DNA from: an uncultured delta proteobacterium
GTDB taxonomy: Bacteria > Desulfobacterota > Binatia > UBA9968
Direction: 5' to 3'
DNA: 64,000 nucleotides
Assembly (NCBI GenBank): GCA_963840855.1
Contig: CAWJBB010000087.1
Span: 64,001-128,000, forward strand
This document shows, in pieces, positions 21,965 to 32,163 of this stretch. The number at the start of each line of letters is the position of its first letter. Position 1 is the first letter of the stretch. A program made the position numbers and the translations under genes. Under the pieces are notes generated by a model that ran no database searches, had not been told where the DNA came from, and worked only from the letters and a program-made list of their open reading frames with translations.

Positions 21965-23023
21965 TCAGTTCTTGGCTTTTGGGAAGCCCCAGATTTCCAA
22001 AATGCGCCTCTCGTACTTCTCTTCCTCGAGCAACACCTCCCAGGGTTGTACCTTAATTTCCCTGCCCATCCGTTTGACTTGCGCGCCCAGCTCCGAATTC
22101 GGATGGAAAATACTTTCGCGGCCGGTGCGCATATAGGTGACGCCTTTGGCGCCAATCCATCCCGTCAACAGCAAAGCCGCATTGGGATGGGCGGCTCCCT
22201 TGATCGGTGTCATAAGCATATCGCGGTCGGTTGCGATAGGACCTTCAGGAAAAATCGCCGCCAGCGGCGCGCCGGGTTGATCTTTTACGTAGCGATACCA
22301 CGTGCCGTGGCCGGTCGGACAAACCATTAGCATCTCGCCCGTGGCGACGAGGTTTTGCGCGTTCGTGTTGCCGCTCACCCAGCGCGGATTGTTGCTCAAA
22401 AGTTTCTTGGTAAAATCGAGGCCCCATTTCTCGCCGAACGCGCTCCACAGAGTTACTACCTGACCCGCTCCCACCAGCACCGCCAACTTGCCCTTGAAAA
22501 AGGGGTTGTAGCAGTCCGCCCAACTCGTAGGCACATGTTGCTTGGGAACAAGATTCTTGTTGTAAACAATCACCGCGGGATTCGTGATCGCCGATACGGC
22601 GACGCCCTCGGGATGCACCATTCGCGGATCGACGCTGAACATACCCTTCCAGTCGATGGGATCGATCAAGTAACCGAGCTGGCGGTGCTGGCCAATGAGA
22701 TTGGGCCGAATCGCCATCGTATCATAAGGAAAATTTCCCGCTTGCATCTCCAGCAGCAAGCGCTCGTAAGGCGGTCTGAGACGGGTGTATTCGACCTTGA
22801 CGAAAGGGAATTCCTTTTGAAACGCTTTGTTCAACTCGCCCACTTCGGCGTCATCCAGGTAACTGCCCCAGGAGACCTTGCCTTCTTTCTTGGCGCCTTC
22901 AATGATTGTATTCATCGTCAGGCGTGCGGGCGCGTCGGCGCCAAGGGCTATTTTCGCCGGCAAAACCATCCCCACCAACGCGGCCAATCCAATTGCCTTT
23001 AGGGTCGATAGTACGAGTTTCAT
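21965..23023 (-). CDS. ABC extracellular solute-binding protein
   Basis: Signal peptide, GAKKEGKV, AHPNAALL; ends IWGFPKAKN like 17797..18858. Confidence 0.85.
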   Translation of the reverse strand: MKLVLSTLKAIGLAALVGMVLPAKIALGADAPARLTMNTIIEGAKKEGKVSWGSYLDDAEVGELNKAFQKEFPFVKVEYTRLRPPYERLLLEMQAGNFPYDTMAIRPNLIGQHRQLGYLIDPIDWKGMFSVDPRMVHPEGVAVSAITNPAVIVYNKNLVPKQHVPTSWADCYNPFFKGKLAVLVGAGQVVTLWSAFGEKWGLDFTKKLLSNNPRWVSGNTNAQNLVATGEMLMVCPTGHGTWYRYVKDQPGAPLAAIFPEGPIATDRDMLMTPIKGAAHPNAALLLTGWIGAKGVTYMRTGRESIFHPNSELGAQVKRMGREIKVQPWEVLLEEEKYERRILEIWGFPKAKN

Positions 23024-23068
23024 GGATATCCTTTTCGGAACGAGCGGAGCGCTTTTCCGTTTGTCTGT

Positions 23069-24477
23069 TCAGTTTGCCAGCACCGAGCTGAGCTCTCGCA
23101 CATCCTCCACCCGTTCCAGGTTTTTCACGATGGCAAGCAACTTTTCGCATTTCTCGCTGCCCAGGACCGGGGCCACGAGATCCCGCGCCTTGTCTTCAAC
23201 CTCTTTATCATTCATCGGATTGTCCGCGGTTCCGCGCACGCTTTTCACGTGCACGCGGAGTGTTCTGCCGTCCCTGGTATGGACTTCGACAATCCCCTGG
23301 CGGCGCGGCCGGGCGTGGGTGAGCGCGGGGTCTAGTTCTAATTTGATGCGCGATTTTACGGCCAGAACGTTCGGATCTTTCATTCGCTCGTAAGAATGGG
23401 CGGCCGCGAACGTGAGGCCGCCGTCGAGCAGAGCGACGGATAAAATGTACTGGAGATTGACATTGGGCATGCTGCGGTCGTTGACGATTCGGCCGCCATT
23501 TTCGGGAACTCGCGCGACGAGATCCTCGACATCATCCGCGGTCACACGATGCTCGCTGATGATTTGCAGGAGCGCATCGAGCACGGCTTGTATGGCGGAA
23601 CCGACGCAAAATTTCTTGATGTTCGCGCGCGTGATTTCAAACTCAGAACCCAGGCCGCGAATCAGCTCTTCTGCACTAGGGTGCTCGGCGTAGGCCTGAA
23701 GAAAATTTTGCTCTCCCTGGAAGACGTCGGCCACGCCGGTGAATCCGGCCTGGACCAGAGTCACGGCGGTCACGCCGTTGCGCGCTGGCATGCCGGCAAA
23801 ATCGAAAGCTTTCTCGATGTGATCTTCGCTCTGCACCCAGGCTTTGACGCCGGAAGCTTGCTGCGCCGCGTAGGACAGGGCGTAACTAACCTCCTTTGGA
23901 TCCAGATCGGCGAGACTGGCTCCCGCTGCCGCCGCGCCAAAGGTGCCGCCGATACTGTGGCTGCTCAGTCCTTTGGCGGAGAGGAAACCCGGCCCCAAAG
24001 CCTGCGTCACGCGACAGCCAACGTCGTAGCCCGCGACCACCGCGCGCAGCAAAGCCCTGCCGTCCGCGCCTTCTCGCTCGGCCATCGCCAGAGCCGCCGG
24101 CACAATCGCACAACCGGGATGGGTCGAAGATGGCGCGTGGGAGTCGTCGGTCTCGTCGGCATGAGCCATGACGCCATTGGCAAGCGCCGCATTGACGGCC
24201 GTCGTCAACGACTGACTGCCGATGACTCGCGCTTCCGGGGCGCCTCCCTGTCCTTGGATGTATCGGATGGCGAGGCGCCCGGGTGGCAGCACGGAGCCGG
24301 AAACCATCGCCGCAATGGCATCGAGGATATGATGCCGTGCCCGGGCCGAGACGTCGCTTGGTAACTCGGCCCGCCGCGCCCCAGCGATGTACTCGGACAG
24401 TTGCCCAATGATTGATTTGTCGTTTGTTGTTCTAATTGGTTCGGTCCCCGCGCCTTGGAGGTAGTTTTGTTCTGTTA
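23069..24477 (-). CDS. MmgE/PrpD family protein (start uncertain)
   Basis: ANGVMAHADETDDSH, THPG, IKKFCVG, RGTADNPM. Confidence 0.85.
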
Positions 24478-25218
24478 TTAGAGAAACCACTTGCCGCCGT
24501 TCACCAGATAGCACTGACCCGTAATGTAGCCGGCATCTTCGCTGGCTAAGTAAATTGCCGCCGAACTGACTTCTTGCCCCGTGCCGCATCGGGCTAGAGG
24601 GTCATTGAGTTTCGCCACTGGGTAAGCGCCCGGAAAACTGTCCAAGCCGTCGACGCCGCCATAGCCGATGCAGTTAGCGGTGATCCGATATTTACCGTAT
24701 TGGGTCGCCATGCCCCGCGTAAGCCCGACTATACCCATGTGGGCGGTGCTCGTCGCGGGATTGCCGCCGACAAAGCCGTCCAGGCCTGTGAAGTGAATCA
24801 GGCGCCCCCAGCGCTGTTGGATCATCCCGGGAAGAACAGCGCGACACATGAACATCGATCCCGTCAGCGCCAGGTGAATCGCTCGTTTCCAAGCGTCGAA
24901 GGACGTCGCCGCAAAAGATTGTTTCGCCTCGGTCCACGCCGTACTGTTTACCAGGACGTCGATATGACCAAATTCATCGAGGCCTCTTTGCACGAACTGC
25001 TTGATGCCATCTTCGTTGCCGGCGTTGTAAATCCCGGCGACCACTTTGATTCCCAGCGCGGCGCTTTCTTGCTGTGCCGCGCGGAGCGATTCGGAATCAT
25101 CCAAAGAGCCGAGAATAAGGTTGGCTCCTTCACGCCCAAAAGCCAGAGCGCTGCTTCTGCCCAGCGGGTTGCCGACTTCCGTCACGAGGACATTCTTACC
25201 TTTAAGAGCAGTTTCCAT
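24478..25218 (-). CDS. SDR family oxidoreductase with degenerate cofactor motif
   Basis: Paralog of the adjacent SDR; VLVTEVGNPLG replaces TGxxxGxG; ends YITGQCYLVNGG. Confidence 0.75.
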   Translation of the reverse strand: METALKGKNVLVTEVGNPLGRSSALAFGREGANLILGSLDDSESLRAAQQESAALGIKVVAGIYNAGNEDGIKQFVQRGLDEFGHIDVLVNSTAWTEAKQSFAATSFDAWKRAIHLALTGSMFMCRAVLPGMIQQRWGRLIHFTGLDGFVGGNPATSTAHMGIVGLTRGMATQYGKYRITANCIGYGGVDGLDSFPGAYPVAKLNDPLARCGTGQEVSSAAIYLASEDAGYITGQCYLVNGGKWFL

Positions 25219-25277
25219 GGTCGCCAAAAAGCGGATTCTAAAAGGCGGGGCAAATTGCCGGCGGCGAAAGAAAACGG

Positions 25278-26024
25278 CTAGAGAAAGTAAGCTCCGCCGT
25301 TCACCGAGTAATTCTGGCCCGTGATGTATCCCGCTTTGTCGCTCGCCAAAAATACCGCCAGCGCGGCACATTCAGCAATCGTGCCCCTTCTGGGGATTGC
25401 CTGGCCCTCCACCCTTACCGCGGTTATTCCGCTACTCACGTGTCCCGCGTTTCTTTCTACTGTTATCGCCCATGGGGCGATGCAATTAGCTGTGATGTTA
25501 AATTCGCCATACTCCTGCGCGATAGCGCGAGTGAATCCGAGGGTCGCCATCTTTAGCGTTCCCGGACCCAGGATGCCGCGCATGAATGAGTTTCCTGTAT
25601 AGTTGATAATCCTTCCCCAGCGCCGCTCGACCATGCCCGGAATGACGGCCTTGCAAGTGAGAAACAGCGCGTGGACGTTGACGTCAAGCGCCGCCTGCCA
25701 TTCCTCCATGTCCAATTTCATGACGTCGCCGTGCACTCTCCATCCCGCGTTATTGACCAGCACATCGATGCGGCCAAACTCGGTGAGACCGCATTGCAGC
25801 AAATCGCTGACCTGAGCTTCCACCGTAACGTCGCATTGTTTCGCGATAACTTTGCTGCCTTGATCTACAGCGAGCCGAGCGGTTTCCTCAAGCAGGTCCA
25901 TGCTTTTTCGCGTGCAGATCAAAAGATTTGCCCCTTCCGCTGCAAACGCCAGCGCGGTCGCCTTGCCGTGATTGCGGGTCGCTCCCGTGATCAGAACGAC
26001 TTTATCTTTAAGCCCTGTATCCAT
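25278..26024 (-). CDS. SDR family oxidoreductase
   Basis: LITGATRNHG, DVLVNNAG, YITGQNYSVNGG. Confidence 0.85.
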   Translation of the reverse strand: MDTGLKDKVVLITGATRNHGKATALAFAAEGANLLICTRKSMDLLEETARLAVDQGSKVIAKQCDVTVEAQVSDLLQCGLTEFGRIDVLVNNAGWRVHGDVMKLDMEEWQAALDVNVHALFLTCKAVIPGMVERRWGRIINYTGNSFMRGILGPGTLKMATLGFTRAIAQEYGEFNITANCIAPWAITVERNAGHVSSGITAVRVEGQAIPRRGTIAECAALAVFLASDKAGYITGQNYSVNGGAYFL

Positions 26025-26061
26025 TTTCTCTGAATGGTCGACCTCAGGCGACCTTAACGCT

Positions 26062-27060
26062 TCATTTCAAAAAGATCTCGCGGAACTCTTTGACGATTTC
26101 CCCGTATCTGTCAGCAACGGCCAGCGGCACCGGGAAGAGTTTGAGCCCCTTGGTCAATCTCGGATAGGGCGGCTCCACTTCTGTCCGCGCGGGAATTTTC
26201 GCGACGCTTTTACCGAGTTCTTGCCCTTCCTTGGACAAGAGGAAGTCTACCAGGAGTCTCGCAGAATTGGGATGCGGGGCATTGACAGCCATCCCCACCG
26301 GATTGAGGGAAACGATCACAGGTTCCAACGCAACCCAATCGAGCGGCGCCCCTTGTGCCTTAAATTTTTCGATATTACTGCCAAAACCATCCAGATAGAT
26401 CGGAAACTCGCCGGCGATGAGCAGCTGGGTCAAAAGCGAGTGGCCGCTGCGTATAATGAGATCTTGCTGCGCCAATCTTTTCATGAACGAAATTCCCCGC
26501 TCCCGACCCATCATCTCCAGCAGGCTGCCGTACAGGATATAGTCGGCGTCATCCATCGCCATTTTGCCCTTCCATTTGGCGAGCAAGAGGTCTTCATAGG
26601 TTTTCGGCGCATCCTCCCGGGCCAACTGGCGGGTATTGTAAGCTAAAACCCGGGTGTCCATGTAAAATGCCGTCCAAAAACCGTCTGCATCTTTGTATTC
26701 TTTCGGGAACGCCCGTTGTTCGGCCGAGAGATATTTCTGCAGATGCCCCGCCTTCTTATGATTGATCATTGCCAGGTGGCTGCCGCTGAAAACGTCGGCG
26801 CGAAACAGCTTCTGTTTGTGCTCGGTGATCGTAATCGTTAACAGCCTTTCACTCCCGGTCCGGCGCGCTTCGAATTTGATGAACGGGTATTTTTTTGCGA
26901 ACGCCTTTTGTATTGCCTGGATGGTGTCCAGTCCCCATGCAGTGTAGAGGACGACCTCTCCTTCGGCCTTGGCTTTTTCGACAATACCGCCGTCCGTCGC
27001 CGCCCGCGCGCTCGCGCTACAGATGCCCCACAGCAACACGCAAAGCGCCACTCCGCGCAA
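26062..27060 (-). CDS. ABC extracellular solute-binding protein
   Basis: Signal peptide, KAKAEGEV, LAYNT, APHPNSARLLVDFLLS. Confidence 0.85.
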   Translation of the reverse strand: MRGVALCVLLWGICSASARAATDGGIVEKAKAEGEVVLYTAWGLDTIQAIQKAFAKKYPFIKFEARRTGSERLLTITITEHKQKLFRADVFSGSHLAMINHKKAGHLQKYLSAEQRAFPKEYKDADGFWTAFYMDTRVLAYNTRQLAREDAPKTYEDLLLAKWKGKMAMDDADYILYGSLLEMMGRERGISFMKRLAQQDLIIRSGHSLLTQLLIAGEFPIYLDGFGSNIEKFKAQGAPLDWVALEPVIVSLNPVGMAVNAPHPNSARLLVDFLLSKEGQELGKSVAKIPARTEVEPPYPRLTKGLKLFPVPLAVADRYGEIVKEFREIFLK

Positions 27061-27103
27061 GGCTCTGACTATCTCTGTTCATTACTTCCCAGCTCTTGTC
27101 CCG

Positions 27104-28471
27104 CTAGACGCCGATCACGCCGACGCCGTTTTCAATCTTGACTTCGGTTCCGTAAATTCGCGACAATCGTTGCAGCCGATCAAGCACGCGCTCGCCGACA
27201 GTCTTGTCGGCCAACAAGGGTCTCCCTCTCTGCGCCCGCGGCCGCCCATGTCCCTGATCGATGGGATAGAGCCGCGCTTCGCTGAACCGCTTGTCTTTGA
27301 AGTGGCATACCGCAACAAAGTTCTCCCAATACAGCGGGTTGGCGGGATGGCCCTTTTTCCCGTGATCCGTGCGCGCGTCCCACCAGTCGGCTGGTGTTGC
27401 CTGAGAATCAAGATCGAAGCGCTCATAGGCGTCGGCGGGAAACGATTTCACTGTCTCGTTTTGAAAAATAAAATTTCCCAGGCTGTAAAAAATCGGCTTG
27501 TCGCGGTAGATCTCAATACCGAGCGGCACGTGAGAGCCATGGCCGGCGAACACGTCGGCTCCCGCGTCTATGGCCGCGCGGGCAAAAGCCGTAATGAAGT
27601 CCGCCGGCTCCACGCAATCCATAACGCTCTGCGCTTTGCGCAGGCTCTCGCCGCCGAACTCGTGCCAGTGCAGGCTCACCACTACCCAATCAGCCTGCCG
27701 GCGCGCGTCGCGAATCCATTTGAGATTCTCTTCGAGATCTCGGCTGTCTATCCGAGTGCGCAGCGAAAATCCCTCACCGGCGACGAACCGGTTGCCGCGA
27801 ACATCGATGGTCTTTTCTTGAGATTCGCCCGCGCGCCTCTCGCGCTCCTTCTCAGGATCGAATCCCAGCTCGCGCTCGATTCGACTCAGCTCCTCAAAAG
27901 CCTTGGGATCGACCATGTAAGTCGTATCGAATCCCAAAGGGTTCACCCCCGGTCTTCCCTTATGGTCAAATCGTTGGCTGCCGGCTTTGCCCCAGGGCGC
28001 GCTAATGAGAGAGCGGGTACTCGTGGCGTTGGCGGCAATCAATGCTACCCGCCCATTGGGAGTGTCTAGGTAACCCGGCGCTCTCGCCTCGCCGAGGTTT
28101 CTTCCGGTACCGGCGTGCGCGATGCCACCCTTATCCAAATGGCGCATCGTTGCCAGCACGCCTTCCTCGCCGAACTCGAACGCGTGGTTGTTGGCGCAGG
28201 AGAGCAGGTTGATTCCCAACCAGCGCATTTCCTGGACCAACCAGGGTTCCGTCGTCATGAAAGTGCCACGACCCATACGGCTGATCGCGGGCGACCCTTC
28301 GTCCCAACCGCGCACAGTGGTCTCGAGGTTGGAGAAGCAGGCGTCGGCGCCGCGCAACAGCGAGACGAGCGCCTGGTAGCGCTCTTCGGTGAAACTGGAG
28401 AGCTTTCGTGTCAACATCGTGTCCCCGGTTAGAGCGATGCGGCAATTGCCGCTTTCAGAATCGTAAAGCAC
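27104..28471 (-). CDS. CapA/PgsA-like metallophosphatase-fold protein
   Basis: TGD, NLET, CANNH, VSLHWHE, GHGSH, YSLGNF. Confidence 0.85.
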   Translation of the reverse strand: MLYDSESGNCRIALTGDTMLTRKLSSFTEERYQALVSLLRGADACFSNLETTVRGWDEGSPAISRMGRGTFMTTEPWLVQEMRWLGINLLSCANNHAFEFGEEGVLATMRHLDKGGIAHAGTGRNLGEARAPGYLDTPNGRVALIAANATSTRSLISAPWGKAGSQRFDHKGRPGVNPLGFDTTYMVDPKAFEELSRIERELGFDPEKERERRAGESQEKTIDVRGNRFVAGEGFSLRTRIDSRDLEENLKWIRDARRQADWVVVSLHWHEFGGESLRKAQSVMDCVEPADFITAFARAAIDAGADVFAGHGSHVPLGIEIYRDKPIFYSLGNFIFQNETVKSFPADAYERFDLDSQATPADWWDARTDHGKKGHPANPLYWENFVAVCHFKDKRFSEARLYPIDQGHGRPRAQRGRPLLADKTVGERVLDRLQRLSRIYGTEVKIENGVGVIGV

Positions 28472-28515
28472 GTTGTTCCCTTTCGAATGCTTGGGTTTTC
28501 TTCGATAATCCCGGT

Positions 28516-29547
28516 TTACGGATTGAGATGGGGTAGTACTTCTTGCCCCATCAGATCAAGGCTTGATGGATCATCACCGGGAGAACTTAGCCACAGATTG
28601 TTGAGTCCCAAACTCGCCAGGCTGCGAATGCGCCGGACAATATCCGACGGCGCGCCCGCCACCGCAAACCGCTCGAGCAGGTAATCGGTCAGCCCGAGCT
28701 CGTCAATGAGCCGTACATTTTTTCCGGTTTTGTCCCCGTGCTGAGAATAATCGTACTGTTGGTGAAATCGCCGGATGCTTTCCTGAAGACGCTCCGGCAC
28801 ATTTTTCCCCGCTAGCCCCGATCGCAACGCATGGTTTCCCGCCGACGCGACGCTGGCTCGTATGTCTTTGAGGGCTTTCTCCCGGTTCTCGGCAATGCTC
28901 AACCGGGGCGCCCACCAAACCTCCACCTCGGATGGATCTCGCCCTGCTTCTTTTGCGCCTTCGTGAAGTTGCTGCAGGGAAGCCTCGACGATTTCCGGCG
29001 TCAAGCCGGTGCCGATGAGAACTTGATCACCAATTTGCCCGGCCAAACGGAGCATCCTTGGTCCCTCAGCAGTGACGCAAATCGGAATGCGCCGCCGCGT
29101 TTCCGGGCGCGGCCAGACGAAGCGGTTGTGCCGTCCTCGGTACACCGTCTGCCCATTTTCCAAAAGTTCGCGTACGGCAACGATGTAGTCGCGCGTTTCC
29201 TCGACGGTGGCCGGCTTGAGCCCGATGTTGTGCACCGCGCTGTCGCCCCTGCCGATGGTCAGCACGGCTCTGCCTTTGGAAATCAATTCCACACTGGCTA
29301 TAGCGCTGGCCATCACGGACGGCTCGCGCGTCACCGGATTGGCGACGCGCGGCCCGATTTCTACTCTTTCGGTGTTAAGGGCCATAAGCGTCAACGCGAC
29401 GAAGCACTCCATATTGTGCCACTGCGTGTCGCCGGTGCCGATGCGCGCAAAGCCGTAGCGGTCCGCGCGCCGTACCATATCTGTAAATCCATCCAGGCTA
29501 TGTTTCGGCGGGGGATGCAGATGGAGACCTATGCGGATTTGAGCCAT
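28516..29547 (-). CDS. LLM class (luciferase-like) flavin/F420-dependent oxidoreductase
   Basis: GPRVANPVTREP, GRAVLTIGRGD, AEGPRMLRLAG. Confidence 0.85.
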   Translation of the reverse strand: MAQIRIGLHLHPPPKHSLDGFTDMVRRADRYGFARIGTGDTQWHNMECFVALTLMALNTERVEIGPRVANPVTREPSVMASAIASVELISKGRAVLTIGRGDSAVHNIGLKPATVEETRDYIVAVRELLENGQTVYRGRHNRFVWPRPETRRRIPICVTAEGPRMLRLAGQIGDQVLIGTGLTPEIVEASLQQLHEGAKEAGRDPSEVEVWWAPRLSIAENREKALKDIRASVASAGNHALRSGLAGKNVPERLQESIRRFHQQYDYSQHGDKTGKNVRLIDELGLTDYLLERFAVAGAPSDIVRRIRSLASLGLNNLWLSSPGDDPSSLDLMGQEVLPHLNP

Positions 29548-29686
29548 AAGCGAATTGCGAGTCTTTTTTTTCAGATTCCTAAAGAAATCATTCTACAGCT
29601 GCTTAAAAGAGTAGGGCAGCGGCAAGGCGCCCCGGTTGGTTTCCAGTCGGTTCAAGCACGAGCACGAGAAACGAGCACGATTCCAC

Positions 29687-30730
29687 TCATCTTACCTCGA
29701 AGATGTTTTGGAATGTGCGCGCGTACTTGTCGAATTCCTCCGCAAGCTCGGGCTCGCTGGGATGGAACTTGATACCCTTGGTCAGCCGCGGGACGATCGG
29801 CTCGACATCGAGCCGGCTGGGAATTCTTTTGAAGCTGCGCAGGAGCAGCATCCCTTCTTTCGACAGCACATAATCGACGAAAAGCTTTGCCGCGTTGGGA
29901 TGAGGGGCGTTGGCGTTGATCGCCAGGGGGTGAAGGATCGCGATCACCGGGTCCAAGGGCACCCATTCGACGGGAGCGCCGCGCGCCTTCAGATCCTCGA
30001 TATTGGTGGAATAAGTATTGATCCCGATGGGATGCTCGCCGGCGGCCACCAAATCGGCGATTTGACTCGAACCGATTCTGAATCCCGGTTTTTGCAGCGC
30101 GAGCTGCTTGAAAAATTCCAACCCTTTCTCTTCGCCGCCGAGCTTGAGAATTTTAAGGAACCACTCATACGCCTTCGAGACCATGACGAATTTTCCCGTC
30201 CACTGGGGCTTCAGCAGATCGGCATGACTGCGCGGCACGTCCGGCGCTTTTACCATGCGGGTATTGTAAACAAGCACGTGCGCGTTCAGATAAGCATCGG
30301 TCCAGTATCCGTCCGGATCCTTAAATCCCGGGCCGTAGAATTTGCTTTCCGGCGAAACATATTTCATCAAGAGGCCTTCCTTCTTGGTGATGTACGTCCG
30401 CGCCCCGCCGTTCAGCAAGACGTCCGCCACATGTTTTTTTGCTCGCGCCTCGGATTGGAATCTTATGAGAAGTCGGTCCGCGCTCAGCCGATTCAGCTCC
30501 GTCTTGATGAAGGGATACTTCTCTTCGAATTTTCTGAGCAGGCCGTTATTGTCTTCAACGTTGAGGGAAGAATAGAAAATCATCCTCCCTTCTTTTCTTG
30601 CGCCTTCGATCAGTTTGGCGGTGACGCTATCTTGGGCCGATACGAAGTTCGGAACAAATAGAGCACTGACCAGAAGAATGACTCTTACTAGCAGAGGATG
30701 GAGTGTCTTTGATTGAATTGCATTGGTCAT
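29687..30730 (-). CDS. ABC extracellular solute-binding protein
   Basis: Signal peptide, GARKEGRM, LVYNT, APHPNAAKLFVDYVLS. Confidence 0.85.
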   Translation of the reverse strand: MTNAIQSKTLHPLLVRVILLVSALFVPNFVSAQDSVTAKLIEGARKEGRMIFYSSLNVEDNNGLLRKFEEKYPFIKTELNRLSADRLLIRFQSEARAKKHVADVLLNGGARTYITKKEGLLMKYVSPESKFYGPGFKDPDGYWTDAYLNAHVLVYNTRMVKAPDVPRSHADLLKPQWTGKFVMVSKAYEWFLKILKLGGEEKGLEFFKQLALQKPGFRIGSSQIADLVAAGEHPIGINTYSTNIEDLKARGAPVEWVPLDPVIAILHPLAINANAPHPNAAKLFVDYVLSKEGMLLLRSFKRIPSRLDVEPIVPRLTKGIKFHPSEPELAEEFDKYARTFQNIFEVR

Positions 30731-30815
30731 ACGCTACATTTTCCATAACATCCTGCCGCGCCTATTGTCAAAATCACTTCGAAAACAAACGGTCGCTTGC
30801 GCTCGCTGGCGCGGC

Positions 30816-32154
30816 TCACGCCGCAAAAAGCCGCGTGAGTTCTCTCACGTTGGCGATTTCGTCGATGCGGCTCAGCGTCTCCAGAGAACCAGCGACGGTG
30901 GTTTCGCTAAACCCGCCCTGGCGCGCGCAGGCCTGGTATTTCGCCGCGAGACGATCCCACGACAGAGGGTTTTTCGGATGGCCCGGGGCGTAGCTTACGG
31001 TTTCTTCGTAGACAGCGGTCTGCGTGCGGACCTGCACGCTTACTGGGCCCTCGCCGGGGGTCTCGCGCTTCGCCGGCGAATCAACGATGCGCACCTTGGC
31101 CACCAGGTCGCGCATCACCGGATCGCTGACATGTTCGAGATCGAAGCACTCTTCGTTGATTGTTTTCAAGGTAAGCCCGGCCGCCAACAAATATTCAAGG
31201 CTAAATTTTGCTTCCAGGCTGGTAGTTGGCCGGTGGTGGATCAGCACCCGAAAGGTAGCCGGAGCGGCGGCGCAGGTGATCTCCATCACGTCGCGCGGGG
31301 CGACGTGATGGCGTTCGGCGATCTTCACGATCGCATCGACCGCGCGTTGGGAACTATAAGGGCAGGGATAGGCTTTGAAGGCAATTCCCGGCTCCAGGAA
31401 CCTGAAACTCTTGCCGAGTTTCTCGCTGGTGTCTTCGTTTCTCAAGGCGCCGAAGAATCCGCCTTGCTGATCGAAAATGCTTGCATTGGCGGTAAATCCC
31501 AGCGCCGTCATCTCCGCAGCCGCGATTCCGTTTCTTGCCGCGTTGCCAATGTGCAGCGGTTTCACCATCGTGCCGAAATTCTGGCTAAGCCCGGCGGTCA
31601 AAGAGGCGGCAATCCCTAAAGCAACCTGAATTTGCTCACGCCCTAAACCAAACAATCTGGCAGCCGCGGCAGCTCGCGCCCAATGAACCGCACACGCCGG
31701 CCGGGTGGAGGCCTAATTCTTGCGCCGCTTTACTCATCCCTTTGGCCAATAGCGTGCTGACCTCGACGCCGACGATGTAGGCTTCGATGAGCGCGCGGCC
31801 GTTGACGCCCTTGGCTTCGCCCGCGGCCAACACGCAGGGCACCATCACGGCGCTCTGATGGCCGAAATGATCATAGTCAAGGGTGTGCGCAGCAACGCCG
31901 TTCGCTAGCGCTGCGTTTGCCGGCGACGTGCGAAGGCCGCGTTCCGCGATGACAGCGCATTGTCCAATCTCTCCCTGACTGCGAACCCACCGCGCGGTGA
32001 TCTGGGCGCTTTCCTCACGGCTCCCGGCCAACATCACGCCGAAGGAATCGAGAAAAGTCTCCCGCACGCGCGGCAGAAGCTCGGCCGGCGCGGTCTTCAG
32101 GCTAAATGTCGCGGCAAACGCGGCAATATCTTCGGTCATCGGCATGGATTTCAC
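30816..32154 (-). CDS. MmgE/PrpD family protein (frameshift near 31660)
   Basis: ANGVAAHTLDYD, KPLHIG, FKAYPC, AKFS, PGHPKNPL. Confidence 0.85.
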
Positions 32155-32163
32155 CGCTCTCTC

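Noticed and set aside
16658-28471. Poly-gamma-glutamate capsule locus
   Set aside because: No capB/capC and no membrane anchors on the CapA-like proteins
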